Source of the DNA: an uncultured Actinomyces sp.
GTDB lineage: Bacteria > Actinomycetota > Actinomycetes > Actinomycetales > Actinomycetaceae
NCBI GenBank assembly: GCA_964344535.1
Contig: CAYFNQ010000001.1
Span: forward strand, 10,184-74,183
DNA length: 64,000 bases
Direction: 5' to 3'
Shown here: positions 17,278-25,987 of the stretch, one piece after another
Layout of the letters: each line of letters opens with the position of its first letter
How positions within the stretch are numbered: position 1 is the stretch's first letter
Position numbers and translations under genes: made by a program
The notes under the pieces: model-generated
Seen by the model: the letters and a program-made list of their open reading frames with translations, nothing else
Database searches by the model: none
Told to the model about the DNA's origin: nothing

Positions 17278-18477
17278 GTGATGGACGAAGAGGGCCCCGT
17301 ACTACCCGAAGAAGCTGTCGCCCGTTGGCTAAAGGGCTTCCAAACCTTTGCAAAAGACGTCCGGGAAACAGAAGACTCAGCCGAAGTTCTAGAGATCTTC
17401 CTCCATGGAATCATGGAAGCCAGCTCAGCCCAAGGCGCCTCAGCCTACTTGGAATCCCTGGGGCCAACGTGGCTTTGTGAACTGACAGCAGGGCCGCTGG
17501 GCCAGCCACTTGGCACGGAATTTTCCACAACCGATGAGCGGATGAAAACAATCCTGGAAGGCCAGGCCGTTGTGGTTCCCCCGCAGGGCACAGCCGGGCC
17601 ACGCTTGCTGGTCCCCCTGCAAATAGCTGGAGAAGTCGCCGGTGTCATGGTGCTGGAACGTGAAGTTGGCGGCAGACCGTTCCTGAAGGCCGTGATCCCC
17701 CCGGCTACATCGTTCGCGCTTCAAGCCACCATGGCTTTGGATCTGCTTGACTCCAAGGACGCTGAAAATCAAGAAGATCTGCTTGAGGAACGTGAACGGA
17801 TCGGCAGAGACCTTCATGACCTGGCAATCCAAGGGCTATTCGCAACAGGGATGAAGCTGCGGGGAATTCCAGAGAAGATTCCGGATAAGCAGCTACGACG
17901 CAAAATCGGTGCCGAGGTTGAACAGGCTCTAGCAGCCCTAGATGACTCCGTGCATCAAATCCGACAAATTGTTTACCGTCTCAAAAACCCCAAAATGGAG
18001 CAGACGTTCGTGAGCCTGCTTTCCCAAGAAGCCGCAACAGCCCGCACCCACCTAGGCTTCGCACCCACACTGGTTGTCGAAGTCGACGACCAACCTTTGG
18101 GAACGCCCGCCCAAGAGGGCACAGTGCGGGAAGATTTGGCACTGGAGGACTCAGCGTTAGCTGGCTTGGCTCATGAGCGGACCCAGGAGGTTACAGGACA
18201 GGTTCTGGCAGTGGTTCGTGAGGGCCTAGCCAACATCGCCAAGCATGCTGACGCCACGTCAGCCAGCGTGCAGGTGAGCGTCTACGGTCGCGGGAAAGCC
18301 GGCGAAATCGTGGTGAAAATCCTTGATGACGGTAAAGGAATTGACCCGGAGGTGAACCGCGAATCCGGCATTGCTAACATGCAGCGGCGCGCTTACCTAC
18401 TAGGCGGATCGTTCAGCGTTGGAACCGGTTTGCGAGGGCGAGGAACAGCACTGGTGTGGCGGGTTCCCCTGGCCTAG
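17278..18477 (+). CDS. Cytoplasmic GAF-domain sensor histidine kinase (HisKA_3/NarL-partner class)
   Basis: Starts 5 nt after the cydC stop. The N-terminal ~160 aa are GAF-like (LLVPLQIAGEVAGVMVLEREV...FALQATMAL). H-box is ERERIGRDLHDLAIQGLFA, N-box is REGLANIAKHA, G-box is LDDGKGI. No transmembrane segment. Confidence 0.8.
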   Translation: MMDEEGPVLPEEAVARWLKGFQTFAKDVRETEDSAEVLEIFLHGIMEASSAQGASAYLESLGPTWLCELTAGPLGQPLGTEFSTTDERMKTILEGQAVVVPPQGTAGPRLLVPLQIAGEVAGVMVLEREVGGRPFLKAVIPPATSFALQATMALDLLDSKDAENQEDLLEERERIGRDLHDLAIQGLFATGMKLRGIPEKIPDKQLRRKIGAEVEQALAALDDSVHQIRQIVYRLKNPKMEQTFVSLLSQEAATARTHLGFAPTLVVEVDDQPLGTPAQEGTVREDLALEDSALAGLAHERTQEVTGQVLAVVREGLANIAKHADATSASVQVSVYGRGKAGEIVVKILDDGKGIDPEVNRESGIANMQRRAYLLGGSFSVGTGLRGRGTALVWRVPLA

Positions 18478-18511
18478 TGCTCTTCTTGACCCTAGAACTC
18501 TTCTTTTTAAC

Positions 18512-19219
18512 CTAGGAGTCCTTTTGTTCTCCGCTGCGCCACGGGACACTGCGTTGCGCTGCCACCCATGCGGCAACCTGGGTTCTGCGCTGCAATCCCA
18601 TCTTCGCCAGCAGGGACGTGATGTGGTTCTTCACCGTCTTTTCGGCGATCCCCAGTTCTTCACCGATCTCCCGGTTCGACATCCCATCCCCAATTAGGTT
18701 CAGAACTTTTCGTTCCGAGGGAGTCAGGTTAGCGCTGGGGTCTTTCGATTCGGCGCGGCGTCGCGTGACAGTGCGCTCATCCAACAGGACCCTACCTTCA
18801 GCCACCGCTTGGATAACATCGTTGATCTCTGCACCCCGGATCGTCTTGAGGACGTATGCTTTCGCCCCAACCTCAAGTGCTGACGACAAAGCGTCATCAT
18901 CGTCAAACGTTGTGAGGACAACAGGTTTGGCGCTGGGCACCGTCTCCCTAAGTGCCTTCATCACGTCAATGCCCGTTCCGTCGGGCAACTGTAGGTCGAC
19001 TAGGAGAACGTCCGGTCGCACTAGGTTCGCGCGTCGAACCGCATCTTCCACAGTTCCTGCTTCAGCTACGACTTCAAAACGCTCATCGCGATCAACGATT
19101 TCAGCGATGCCCCGACGCGCGATCTCATGGTCGTCGATGATCATGACACGCACGGGCTGGCGCTGGTTCTTTAGATTCTGCACGCCTCTAATGATACGGG
19201 AGTAAAGTCCCACGTCCAT
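18512..19219 (-). CDS. NarL/LuxR-family response regulator (REC + HTH)
   Basis: VRVMIIDDHEIARRG, phospho-Asp context VLLVDLQLPDG, and a LuxR helix-turn-helix (HTH) motif, LTPSERKVLNLIGDGMSNREIGEELGIAEKTVKNHI. The start could alternatively be GTG 19183. Confidence 0.88.
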   Translation of the reverse strand: MDVGLYSRIIRGVQNLKNQRQPVRVMIIDDHEIARRGIAEIVDRDERFEVVAEAGTVEDAVRRANLVRPDVLLVDLQLPDGTGIDVMKALRETVPSAKPVVLTTFDDDDALSSALEVGAKAYVLKTIRGAEINDVIQAVAEGRVLLDERTVTRRRAESKDPSANLTPSERKVLNLIGDGMSNREIGEELGIAEKTVKNHITSLLAKMGLQRRTQVAAWVAAQRSVPWRSGEQKDS

Positions 19220-19248
19220 CTAATACGCGGATAGACGCCAAATGCATG

Positions 19249-20109
19249 TCAAGTTTGGCTTATCTGACAGTTTTTGCAGGAGAAATGGCTGCGCCCCGAC
19301 AAGACTTCGCGCACGATTGGCGCCCCGCAGACCTTGCAGGGCTTGCCTTCACGCCCGTATACGGCCAGCTCTCTTTCGAAGTACCCAGGATTCCCATCCA
19401 CGTCCACGTACAGGGCATCGAAGGAGGTGCCTCCCTGCGCGACGGCATCTGCAAGGACCTGTGCACTGATTTGGAGTAGGTCGACAATTTCCCAGTGAGG
19501 CAGCTCTGTCCCCTTGGCGCTTCCGGGAATCCGCGCACGAAACAGAGCCTCATCCGCATAAATGTTTCCAAGACCGGAAGTGAGCGCCTGATCCAAGAGC
19601 ATGGTCTTGATTGCTCTGCGGCTGCGCGTGAAGCGGTACGCTAACTCCCCTAAATCGACATCCTCAAGCAGGTCTGGGGCGATATGCAGTGTCCCTGCTG
19701 GAACTTGGCGTCCTACGGTGTCCTGGACCAGCGAGTCAACGGTCAGGTGTCCAAACATCCGCGGGTCAACAAAAGATGCCGCTGCTCCGTCTTCCAAAGT
19801 GAACCTCACATGTTCGTGACGTCCAAGCTCAGCCGCTGGTTGCACGTGGTAGCGAACCTGACCTGACATGCCTAAATGGACCACCAGGGTTGCGGGAGCA
19901 GCATCTTGGAAGGTGATCCACATGAACTTTCCACGTCGGTTCACACTCTCGATGCGTCGTCCCTGGAACGCCTCCCGCAAGTCGGCGACACCACCCGGGT
20001 TTTTCCGCACCAGACGACCACCGCCGCCTTGGACCGCTACCACTTTGGCGTTCGCTAACCGATTGTGGAGGCCGCTTCGGATGGTCTCCACTTCAGGCAG
20101 TTCGGGCAT
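19249..20109 (-). CDS. mutM: Formamidopyrimidine-DNA glycosylase
   Basis: MPELPEVETIR N-terminus and a C-terminal zinc finger (CKVCGAPI...FSCKNCQ). Confidence 0.93.
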   Translation of the reverse strand: MPELPEVETIRSGLHNRLANAKVVAVQGGGGRLVRKNPGGVADLREAFQGRRIESVNRRGKFMWITFQDAAPATLVVHLGMSGQVRYHVQPAAELGRHEHVRFTLEDGAAASFVDPRMFGHLTVDSLVQDTVGRQVPAGTLHIAPDLLEDVDLGELAYRFTRSRRAIKTMLLDQALTSGLGNIYADEALFRARIPGSAKGTELPHWEIVDLLQISAQVLADAVAQGGTSFDALYVDVDGNPGYFERELAVYGREGKPCKVCGAPIVREVLSGRSHFSCKNCQISQT

Positions 20110-20826
20110 CTAGTCTTCCTGCTTGGCTTCAAGCACCTGCAGCGTTTGCCGCGCAGAGTCGTTTTCCGCTTTTTTTCTAGACGGACCCTGGCCCGATTCG
20201 AACGGGATGTCCCCCAAGTGTGCAATGGACGTGAAGACTCTCTGGTGGTCAGGACCCACCCCAGTTACTTCAAACGTCAGCTCCCCCAAGTCATGGTCCC
20301 GCGCGAACTGGCGTAGTAGCCGCTTCCAATCCAAGATGGCCTCTGGCTCATCTGCAGCCTCAATGACGGGCTCCAAGTGGCGTAGCAGGACTTCCCTGGT
20401 TGGTTCCAGACCGTATTGCAGGTAGGTTGCGCCAATTAGTGCCTCCAGCGCGTCCGACAAGAGGGAATCCTTGTTGCGCCCCCCGGTTTTGTTTTCACCG
20501 ACGCCAAGCAGAAGATAGCTGCCAAGCCCGATGGACCTAGCGACTTTAGCCAGCGGGGCCTGGGAAACGATTGACGCCCTCCGGTCAGCCAGTGTCCGTT
20601 CAGGTGCGTCAGGCATGGCGGCGTACAGGTATTCCGTGACAATGATTGAAAGTACCGAATCCCCTAGGAACTCAAGTCGCTCATTGTTCGCTAGGCCACC
20701 CATTTCGTTAGCGAAAGAACGGTGGGTCAGCGCTAAAACCAACAGTTCAGGATCTAGGTCCAAGCCCCATTCCTTGGAGAGGGCTTCAACGTCGGGATTT
20801 TGATTTGGGCTTTTGCGTTTGCTCAC
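20110..20826 (-). CDS. rnc: Ribonuclease III
   Basis: NERLEFLGDSVL catalytic signature plus a C-terminal dsRBD. Confidence 0.93.
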   Translation of the reverse strand: MSKRKSPNQNPDVEALSKEWGLDLDPELLVLALTHRSFANEMGGLANNERLEFLGDSVLSIIVTEYLYAAMPDAPERTLADRRASIVSQAPLAKVARSIGLGSYLLLGVGENKTGGRNKDSLLSDALEALIGATYLQYGLEPTREVLLRHLEPVIEAADEPEAILDWKRLLRQFARDHDLGELTFEVTGVGPDHQRVFTSIAHLGDIPFESGQGPSRKKAENDSARQTLQVLEAKQED

Positions 20827-21407
20827 GAGTTGGCGTTCTTGTCGGAGTCGAAGAATCCTTCAAGGATGGCAAACCTGGGATCCAAGAACTCATGGTGGTG
20901 GTCAGGTTCCGCGTCCTTCAACAAAACACCGCAGTGCACGCAAATCCCCAGGCAACCTTCAGAACATACGGGGACTAGGTCGGCCTCCCCCAAAATCACG
21001 TCCCGCAGCAATGGTTCTAGGTCGATGTGGGCGCGGTCGATCACTAGGACCTGATCCAGTTCATCCCCTTCGACCTCAATGTCTGACTCCACCTGCTCCT
21101 TTTGGGCCTGCGCAGAGTTGTAGTAAATCGCAGAGCCAGAAAACTCCTGTTCCTGAGAAACTGGCGCCAGGCAGGAAACACACTGCCCGTCCAAGTCGAC
21201 ACGGCCGGACACGCTGGCTGAGACCCCGTCCTCTAACGAAACCAACGTCACCTCGACAGGCACCACGGTTCCAGGCTCTATCCCCAATACCTCAGTTTTC
21301 CAGTCGGCCGGCACCACCCAGTCAAAAGACCCCTGGGTGATTGCCCCAAGTTCGACGGGGTGGCGGACTAGGGACAAAGACAAGTCCTGCACGTCTAAAC
21401 GATCCAT
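20823..21407 (-). CDS. YceD/DUF177 family protein
   Basis: Acidic protein with CVSCL...CSEGCLGICVHCG cysteine motifs. 4-nt overlap with rnc. Confidence 0.75.
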   Translation of the reverse strand: MDRLDVQDLSLSLVRHPVELGAITQGSFDWVVPADWKTEVLGIEPGTVVPVEVTLVSLEDGVSASVSGRVDLDGQCVSCLAPVSQEQEFSGSAIYYNSAQAQKEQVESDIEVEGDELDQVLVIDRAHIDLEPLLRDVILGEADLVPVCSEGCLGICVHCGVLLKDAEPDHHHEFLDPRFAILEGFFDSDKNANS

Positions 21408-21409
21408 GC

Positions 21410-22135
21410 TTAGTCCCCGCTGATGCTGATGTCCGTCGCGTTGTTTGCGCGTTCAGCGACCGCCCGCAGTCCTGCTTCGGTTTGGCCCAGTAACTTTTGG
21501 AGCAAGCCCGCAACTTGGCCTAGGTTTTTCGCGACGTAGTCGTCAGCCCCCGCGCGCAGGCGCGCGGACTCACTTTGCGCAGAATCCAACAGCTGTTGGG
21601 CCTGCGCCGTCGCCATAGCAGTCACTGCATCAGAAGAGACTAGGACGGCGGCTTGTTCTTTGGCATCTGCCAAAACGGCTTCTGCTTCTTGTTTGGCGCG
21701 TTTCAGCGTGTGCTCCGCATCCTCCTGCGCCCGCGAAGAAGTCCTGGAAGCCTCTGCCCTAGCTTCTTCCACAATTGACTGGGCACGTTCGTTCGCATCA
21801 TCGAGGGCAGCGCGAGCTTGAACGTTAGCTTCCGTGACAACGGAGTCTGCTGCGAAGTCTGCGCGGGACAGCACAGCGTCCGCATCTGCAACCACGGCAT
21901 CTGCCGCGACTAGATCATCTGGAAGAGCGTCGCGTGCTTGCGCGACAAGGTCTTGGATTTCCGCTTTGTTCAGCACAACGTTTGCCGACAAAGGCACGGC
22001 CCTAGCTCTTTCTACAAGCAGCCCGATCTGATCTAGGGCAGCAATGACAGTTGAGGGCCCGTACCCCACATCCTGCGCGGGAGGTAGAGGGTCACCAGCT
22101 TCGATAGTTACTTCTTCTTCAAAACGCTCCGGCAT
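21410..22135 (-). CDS. Alanine-rich coiled-coil protein of unknown function (ATP-synthase-b-like / cell-division-associated position)
   Basis: 241 aa, almost entirely heptad-like A/E/D/Q-rich helix after an acidic N-terminus. Sits between coaD and the DUF177 gene. No catalytic motif recognised. Confidence 0.45.
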   Translation of the reverse strand: MPERFEEEVTIEAGDPLPPAQDVGYGPSTVIAALDQIGLLVERARAVPLSANVVLNKAEIQDLVAQARDALPDDLVAADAVVADADAVLSRADFAADSVVTEANVQARAALDDANERAQSIVEEARAEASRTSSRAQEDAEHTLKRAKQEAEAVLADAKEQAAVLVSSDAVTAMATAQAQQLLDSAQSESARLRAGADDYVAKNLGQVAGLLQKLLGQTEAGLRAVAERANNATDISISGD

Positions 22136-22136
22136 G

Positions 22137-22655
22137 TCAGCTCCTGCTGTCGCGCCCCGGTTGGGACTTGTTCAGTGATGGCAGTCTATCCAGCGCGTCA
22201 ACAACTGACGCTGGGACGTATTTGTCAACTGCTGCTCCTGCGGCCAGCAGTTCGCGGATTAGGGAAGAGGAGACGTAGTCGACGTCAAAACTAGCGGGCA
22301 GGAACACGGTTTGCACACCGCAAAGGTTGAAGTTGACCGTCGCTTGGACCGTTTCCGATTCCAAATCTAAAACTCCCCGGACACCCTTCACAATGACACC
22401 CGCACCCAATGACTTTGCAAGGTCTGCTAGCAAACCCTGAAAAGCAGTCACACGAACGGACCCATCTGGAAACCGGCTAGCGACAGAGTCTTCTAGTAGT
22501 CGCACCCGCTCATGCGGGCTCAGCCAGCCCGGTTTGTTGGGGTTGTGCCCCACGGCGACCACGACTTCGTCGAAGATGTCTAGGGTCCGGGAAATGATGT
22601 CTAGGTGACCGTTGGTTACGGGGTCAAAAGAGCCAGGAAATAGGGCCAACGTCAT
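22137..22655 (-). CDS. coaD: Phosphopantetheine adenylyltransferase
   Basis: LFPGSFDPVTNGHLDII (TxGH motif) and SSSLIREL. Confidence 0.93.
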   Translation of the reverse strand: MTLALFPGSFDPVTNGHLDIISRTLDIFDEVVVAVGHNPNKPGWLSPHERVRLLEDSVASRFPDGSVRVTAFQGLLADLAKSLGAGVIVKGVRGVLDLESETVQATVNFNLCGVQTVFLPASFDVDYVSSSLIRELLAAGAAVDKYVPASVVDALDRLPSLNKSQPGRDSRS

Positions 22656-22664
22656 GATGGCAGT

Positions 22665-23246
22665 CTATGAGCTTTCGTTGCTAGGACCGACAAACCACGC
22701 CGTTGTGTCCCCGTGCCGCCTCTTCCCCAGAAGCTCCAAGCCGGCAGGCAACGTCGGCTCGGCAGAGAAACTGCTCCGTTCCACAACAACGGTGGCAGTG
22801 TCGGAAAGCATCCCGGTCAGAGAAGTCAGCAGCGCAGTCAGATCCCGGTCGTCAAAATCGTAGGGAGGATCCAGGAAAACCAAGTCAAACACCCGGTCAG
22901 AAAGTGTTGTGGACACGGCGGCCTGCGCACTTTTGCGAACCAGTTGCGCTTTGCCCTTTAGCCCCACCTCCGCAAGGTTGCCTGACAAAACCTTCATTGC
23001 AGGCGCGGACAGCTCTACAAAAACAGCTTCTTTTGCACCTCTGGAAAGCGCTTCGATCCCCAGCGCTCCGGAACCCGCGAACGCGTCAAGCACGCGGGCA
23101 TCGTCAACTGCCCCCCAGCTTTCCAGGCGACCAAAGAGTGACTCCCGGACCCTGTCGGATGTTGGGCGCGTTCCCTTGCTGGGCACGCTAAGTTTGCGCC
23201 CTTTAGCACTACCTGCAATCACCCTTGTCATGTTCGCTCCATCCAA
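22665..23246 (-). CDS. rsmD: 16S rRNA (guanine966-N2)-methyltransferase
   Basis: VIAGSAKGRKLSVPSKGTRPTSDRVRESLF, FAGSGALGIEALSRGA and VFLDPPY motifs. Confidence 0.88.
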   Translation of the reverse strand: MDGANMTRVIAGSAKGRKLSVPSKGTRPTSDRVRESLFGRLESWGAVDDARVLDAFAGSGALGIEALSRGAKEAVFVELSAPAMKVLSGNLAEVGLKGKAQLVRKSAQAAVSTTLSDRVFDLVFLDPPYDFDDRDLTALLTSLTGMLSDTATVVVERSSFSAEPTLPAGLELLGKRRHGDTTAWFVGPSNESS

Positions 23247-25399
23247 ACCAATTCTTCCCCACTTCGCCGACGCACAGCCCCCGCTAGGTCTGGATTGTCC
23301 ACTAGGTGCGGGTCTTCGCGAAGGATTTCCTCAGCAACCGAGCGTGCCGCAGAAATGAGGGAGGCATCCTTCCTCACGGATAAAAAGCGCAGGTCTGAAA
23401 CACGACCCGACTGCGCTTTGCCCAGTACATTGCCTTCACTGCGCAAGCGCAGATCCACCTCAGCAAGTGCAAATCCGTCCGTCGTGTCCGCTATTGCCTG
23501 CAGTCGCTGTGCTGAGGTTTCGGGAAGCTCCCCAAAGTGGGTGACCATTGCGACGGAAGGTCTGTCACTACGCCCGACACGTCCGCGCAGCTGATGGAGT
23601 TGACTTAGGCCGAACCGGGGACCTTCTAGGATCACCATCATGGTGGCTTCCGGAACGTCCACCCCCACCTCAATAACTGTTGTCGCGACCAACACGGGGG
23701 CATCACCTGAGGCGAAGTCCGCAAATGCCCGGGCATTTTCTTCAGGAGTTCGTCTCCCGTGAGCTAAACCAATTTTAACTCCCTGCAACGCCGGAAGGTT
23801 GCGCAGTTCTTCCACGACATCCTCTGCGGCGGGCAACGGCCGGGTTGGTTTTCCGACCCCGTCACCCCCAAGGGGCAGCTGCTTGTCAGCATCACCGTCA
23901 CTGTCAATGCGTGGCGTGACCACGTAGACGCGGCCCCCGGAATCTACCTCTTCGCGGGCCCGCTGCCACAGGCGCTCCATCCACGCCTCATTACGTTCAT
24001 CGACTAAGAAGGTCTCCACGGGTGTGCGTCCTTGCGGCAGCTCTGGGATTACGGCCGTGTCCAGGTCCCCAAAAACAGTCATGGCGATTGTCCGCGGGAT
24101 CGGGGTCGCGGTCATCACAAGCAGATGTGGAACGCCCAGCTGGTTTTCGCGCAGTTTTTCACGTTGTGCTACGCCGAAGCGGTGTTGTTCATCTACGACC
24201 ACCAACCCAAGGTTCGGGATCTCAACCCCGGTTTGAATGAGAGCGTGGGTCCCCACAACGATGCTTGGCTCCCCCGAAGCCAGAGCAAGCAGAACCTGAT
24301 CTTTTTCGGCCTGTGGGCGTTTGGACGTGAGTAGGTGGACGGGTATGTCTAGCCCAGCTTTAGCTAGAAGCCCCGTCAGAGAGTACCAGTGCTGGCGTGC
24401 CAGCACCTCTGTGGGAGCAAGCAGCGCTGCCTGCTGGCCACCGTCGACTGCCTGCAGGGCCAAGAGCAGCGCGACAATCGTTTTGCCAGAGCCTACGTCC
24501 CCTTGCAAGAGCCTTTGCATGGGCACGGTCTCCGCTAACTCCGCAGACAGCGCACGCCATGCCTTGTCTTGCCCTGCCGTCAGATCAAACGGGAGTGATT
24601 GCAACAAGGTGCTAACCGACTCACTGTTTGTGGGCAGGCTGGGGGCCCGCTTCCCTTCCCTTTGCGCTGCAAGACGCTTGGAAAGCAACGCGGTTTGTAA
24701 AACTAGAGCTTCTTCCCATGCCAAGGTACGTCGTGCAGCGCGCCAGTGTGCGTCGTCTTGTGGAAGGTGCAGATCTTTGAGTGCCTGCAGGTGTTCGCTC
24801 AGGCCGTGCTTCGCTCGCGTATTTTCTGGGATGACCGAGGAAACCTGGGCGTCCTCCAGCCCGTCCAGCAGCAAAGAGATGAGAGAGCCAATCTTCCACG
24901 ACGGTAGCCCGCCCAGACTTCTGTAAATCGGGATGGGGCGCCCGGCACGTCTTTCAATGTCCTGCCCTGAGCCTTCTTCGATCTGCTCAAACTCCGGCTG
25001 GACAATTTGCTTCGCCCCCCTGTATTCGCTGATCTTCCCGGCCATCAAGACGGTCCTGCCCGGTTGCAGCAGTTTGCGGTGGTGGCTCAGCATATACGGG
25101 TTCTTCGCGAAGAAGGTAGCGCTCAAATGGGCGTTACCGTCAGTAACGGCCACAACAAACCGCACGCCACGTCCGGACGCGTTTTTGACGATAGATGCGG
25201 AAGTAACTGTTGCCAAAATGGTTACTTCGTCACCTACCTCCAGTGAGGACATATCGGTGAGGGTCCCCCAGTGGTAGTAGCGCATAGGGGCGTAATAAAG
25301 CAGGTCTCCCACAGTTTCCACACCAGCTGCCGCCAGCTTCTTTGCAGCAGCTTTCGGCACGCGAAGCGCCAGGGGCACGTCAAACTCCTGAGCTAGCAC
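23228..25399 (-). CDS. recG: ATP-dependent DNA helicase RecG
   Basis: Wedge domain followed by SF2 helicase motifs GDVGSGKT, DEQHRFG and LVMTATPIPRT, and the C-terminal TRG-like region. GTG start. Confidence 0.93.
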   Translation of the reverse strand: MLAQEFDVPLALRVPKAAAKKLAAAGVETVGDLLYYAPMRYYHWGTLTDMSSLEVGDEVTILATVTSASIVKNASGRGVRFVVAVTDGNAHLSATFFAKNPYMLSHHRKLLQPGRTVLMAGKISEYRGAKQIVQPEFEQIEEGSGQDIERRAGRPIPIYRSLGGLPSWKIGSLISLLLDGLEDAQVSSVIPENTRAKHGLSEHLQALKDLHLPQDDAHWRAARRTLAWEEALVLQTALLSKRLAAQREGKRAPSLPTNSESVSTLLQSLPFDLTAGQDKAWRALSAELAETVPMQRLLQGDVGSGKTIVALLLALQAVDGGQQAALLAPTEVLARQHWYSLTGLLAKAGLDIPVHLLTSKRPQAEKDQVLLALASGEPSIVVGTHALIQTGVEIPNLGLVVVDEQHRFGVAQREKLRENQLGVPHLLVMTATPIPRTIAMTVFGDLDTAVIPELPQGRTPVETFLVDERNEAWMERLWQRAREEVDSGGRVYVVTPRIDSDGDADKQLPLGGDGVGKPTRPLPAAEDVVEELRNLPALQGVKIGLAHGRRTPEENARAFADFASGDAPVLVATTVIEVGVDVPEATMMVILEGPRFGLSQLHQLRGRVGRSDRPSVAMVTHFGELPETSAQRLQAIADTTDGFALAEVDLRLRSEGNVLGKAQSGRVSDLRFLSVRKDASLISAARSVAEEILREDPHLVDNPDLAGAVRRRSGEELVWMERT

Positions 25400-25500
25400 G
25401 GCATTGCCCTCATGGAACTATTCATCCCTCTTCCCACATCGTCGTTTTGCATAGTAGACGCAACAACAGTGTCTCACCACACCCCGACACGATCCCAAGG

Positions 25501-25552
25501 TCACTGACTGGGGCCACTGGCTAGAGCCACTGACTGGGGCCACTTGCTGGGC
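25501..25552. repeat. Two tandem 26-bp units in the recG/rpmB divergent intergenic region
   Basis: The 17-nt core CACTGACTGGGGCCACT occurs at 25502-25518 and again at 25528-25544. By my alignment the full units match at about 22 of 26 positions. Confidence 0.7.
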
Positions 25553-25686
25553 CAGTGTGGGAGACTCGACACGTAGAACTAGCGTTCCTCGTTGAAAGCA
25601 ACGATGCCAGTCGGATATTCTTCTGGGGTTGCCCGTAGCCTTCCAAAAGGTGGCCGGGTAGTTTCTACAAGTCTTAGGAGGACCCA

Positions 25687-25878
25687 GTGGCCTCAGTTTG
25701 CGATATCTGCGGTAAGAAACCGCTTTTTGGCAAGTCCGTGTCACACTCACACGTACGCACCAACCGCCGCTTCAACCCCAACATTCAGCGTGTTCGGGCC
25801 AAGGTGAACGGTGAAACCAAGAGGATGAACGTCTGCACCACTTGCATTAAGAGCGACCGCTTCGAAAAGGCTGTCTAA
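25687..25878 (+). CDS. rpmB: 50S ribosomal protein L28 (Cys-containing, zinc-ribbon form)
   Basis: [32 protein letters not shown] and CTTCIK. GTG start with an AGGAGG SD sequence. Confidence 0.93.
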   Translation: MASVCDICGKKPLFGKSVSHSHVRTNRRFNPNIQRVRAKVNGETKRMNVCTTCIKSDRFEKAV

Positions 25879-25891
25879 CTTACAACGTAAT

Positions 25892-25934
25892 CTGCCCCCA
25901 GTGATGTCTTACCAGGCATCCTGGGGGCAGTTTT
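25892..25934 (+). terminator. Intrinsic terminator of rpmB
   Basis: CTGCCCCCAG (25892-25901) pairs with CTGGGGGCAG (25921-25930), followed by TTTT. Confidence 0.75.
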
Positions 25935-25987
25935 AGTACCCGCGGCTATCGGTACCCGGGCACGGCACCAACTAGGCGCCTAGGCGC

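Noticed and set aside
20823-20826. Absence of rpmF (L32) between the DUF177 gene and rnc.
   Set aside because: DUF177 and rnc overlap by 4 nt, so nothing is hidden there. Several actinobacteria, including mycobacteria, encode L32 elsewhere, so this is not anomalous.
25501-25552. Whether the tandem repeat is a CRISPR array or a minisatellite.
   Set aside because: There are only two directly abutting copies, no spacers, and no cas genes anywhere in the window. I kept it as a possible operator or leader element instead.
25976-25987. Perfect 12-bp palindrome GCGCCTAGGCGC abutting the thiL stop.
   Set aside because: It is short, GC-rich and lies at a gene end next to the rpmB terminator. It is probably a chance palindrome or part of 3'-end structure. 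I have no basis for calling it a binding site.
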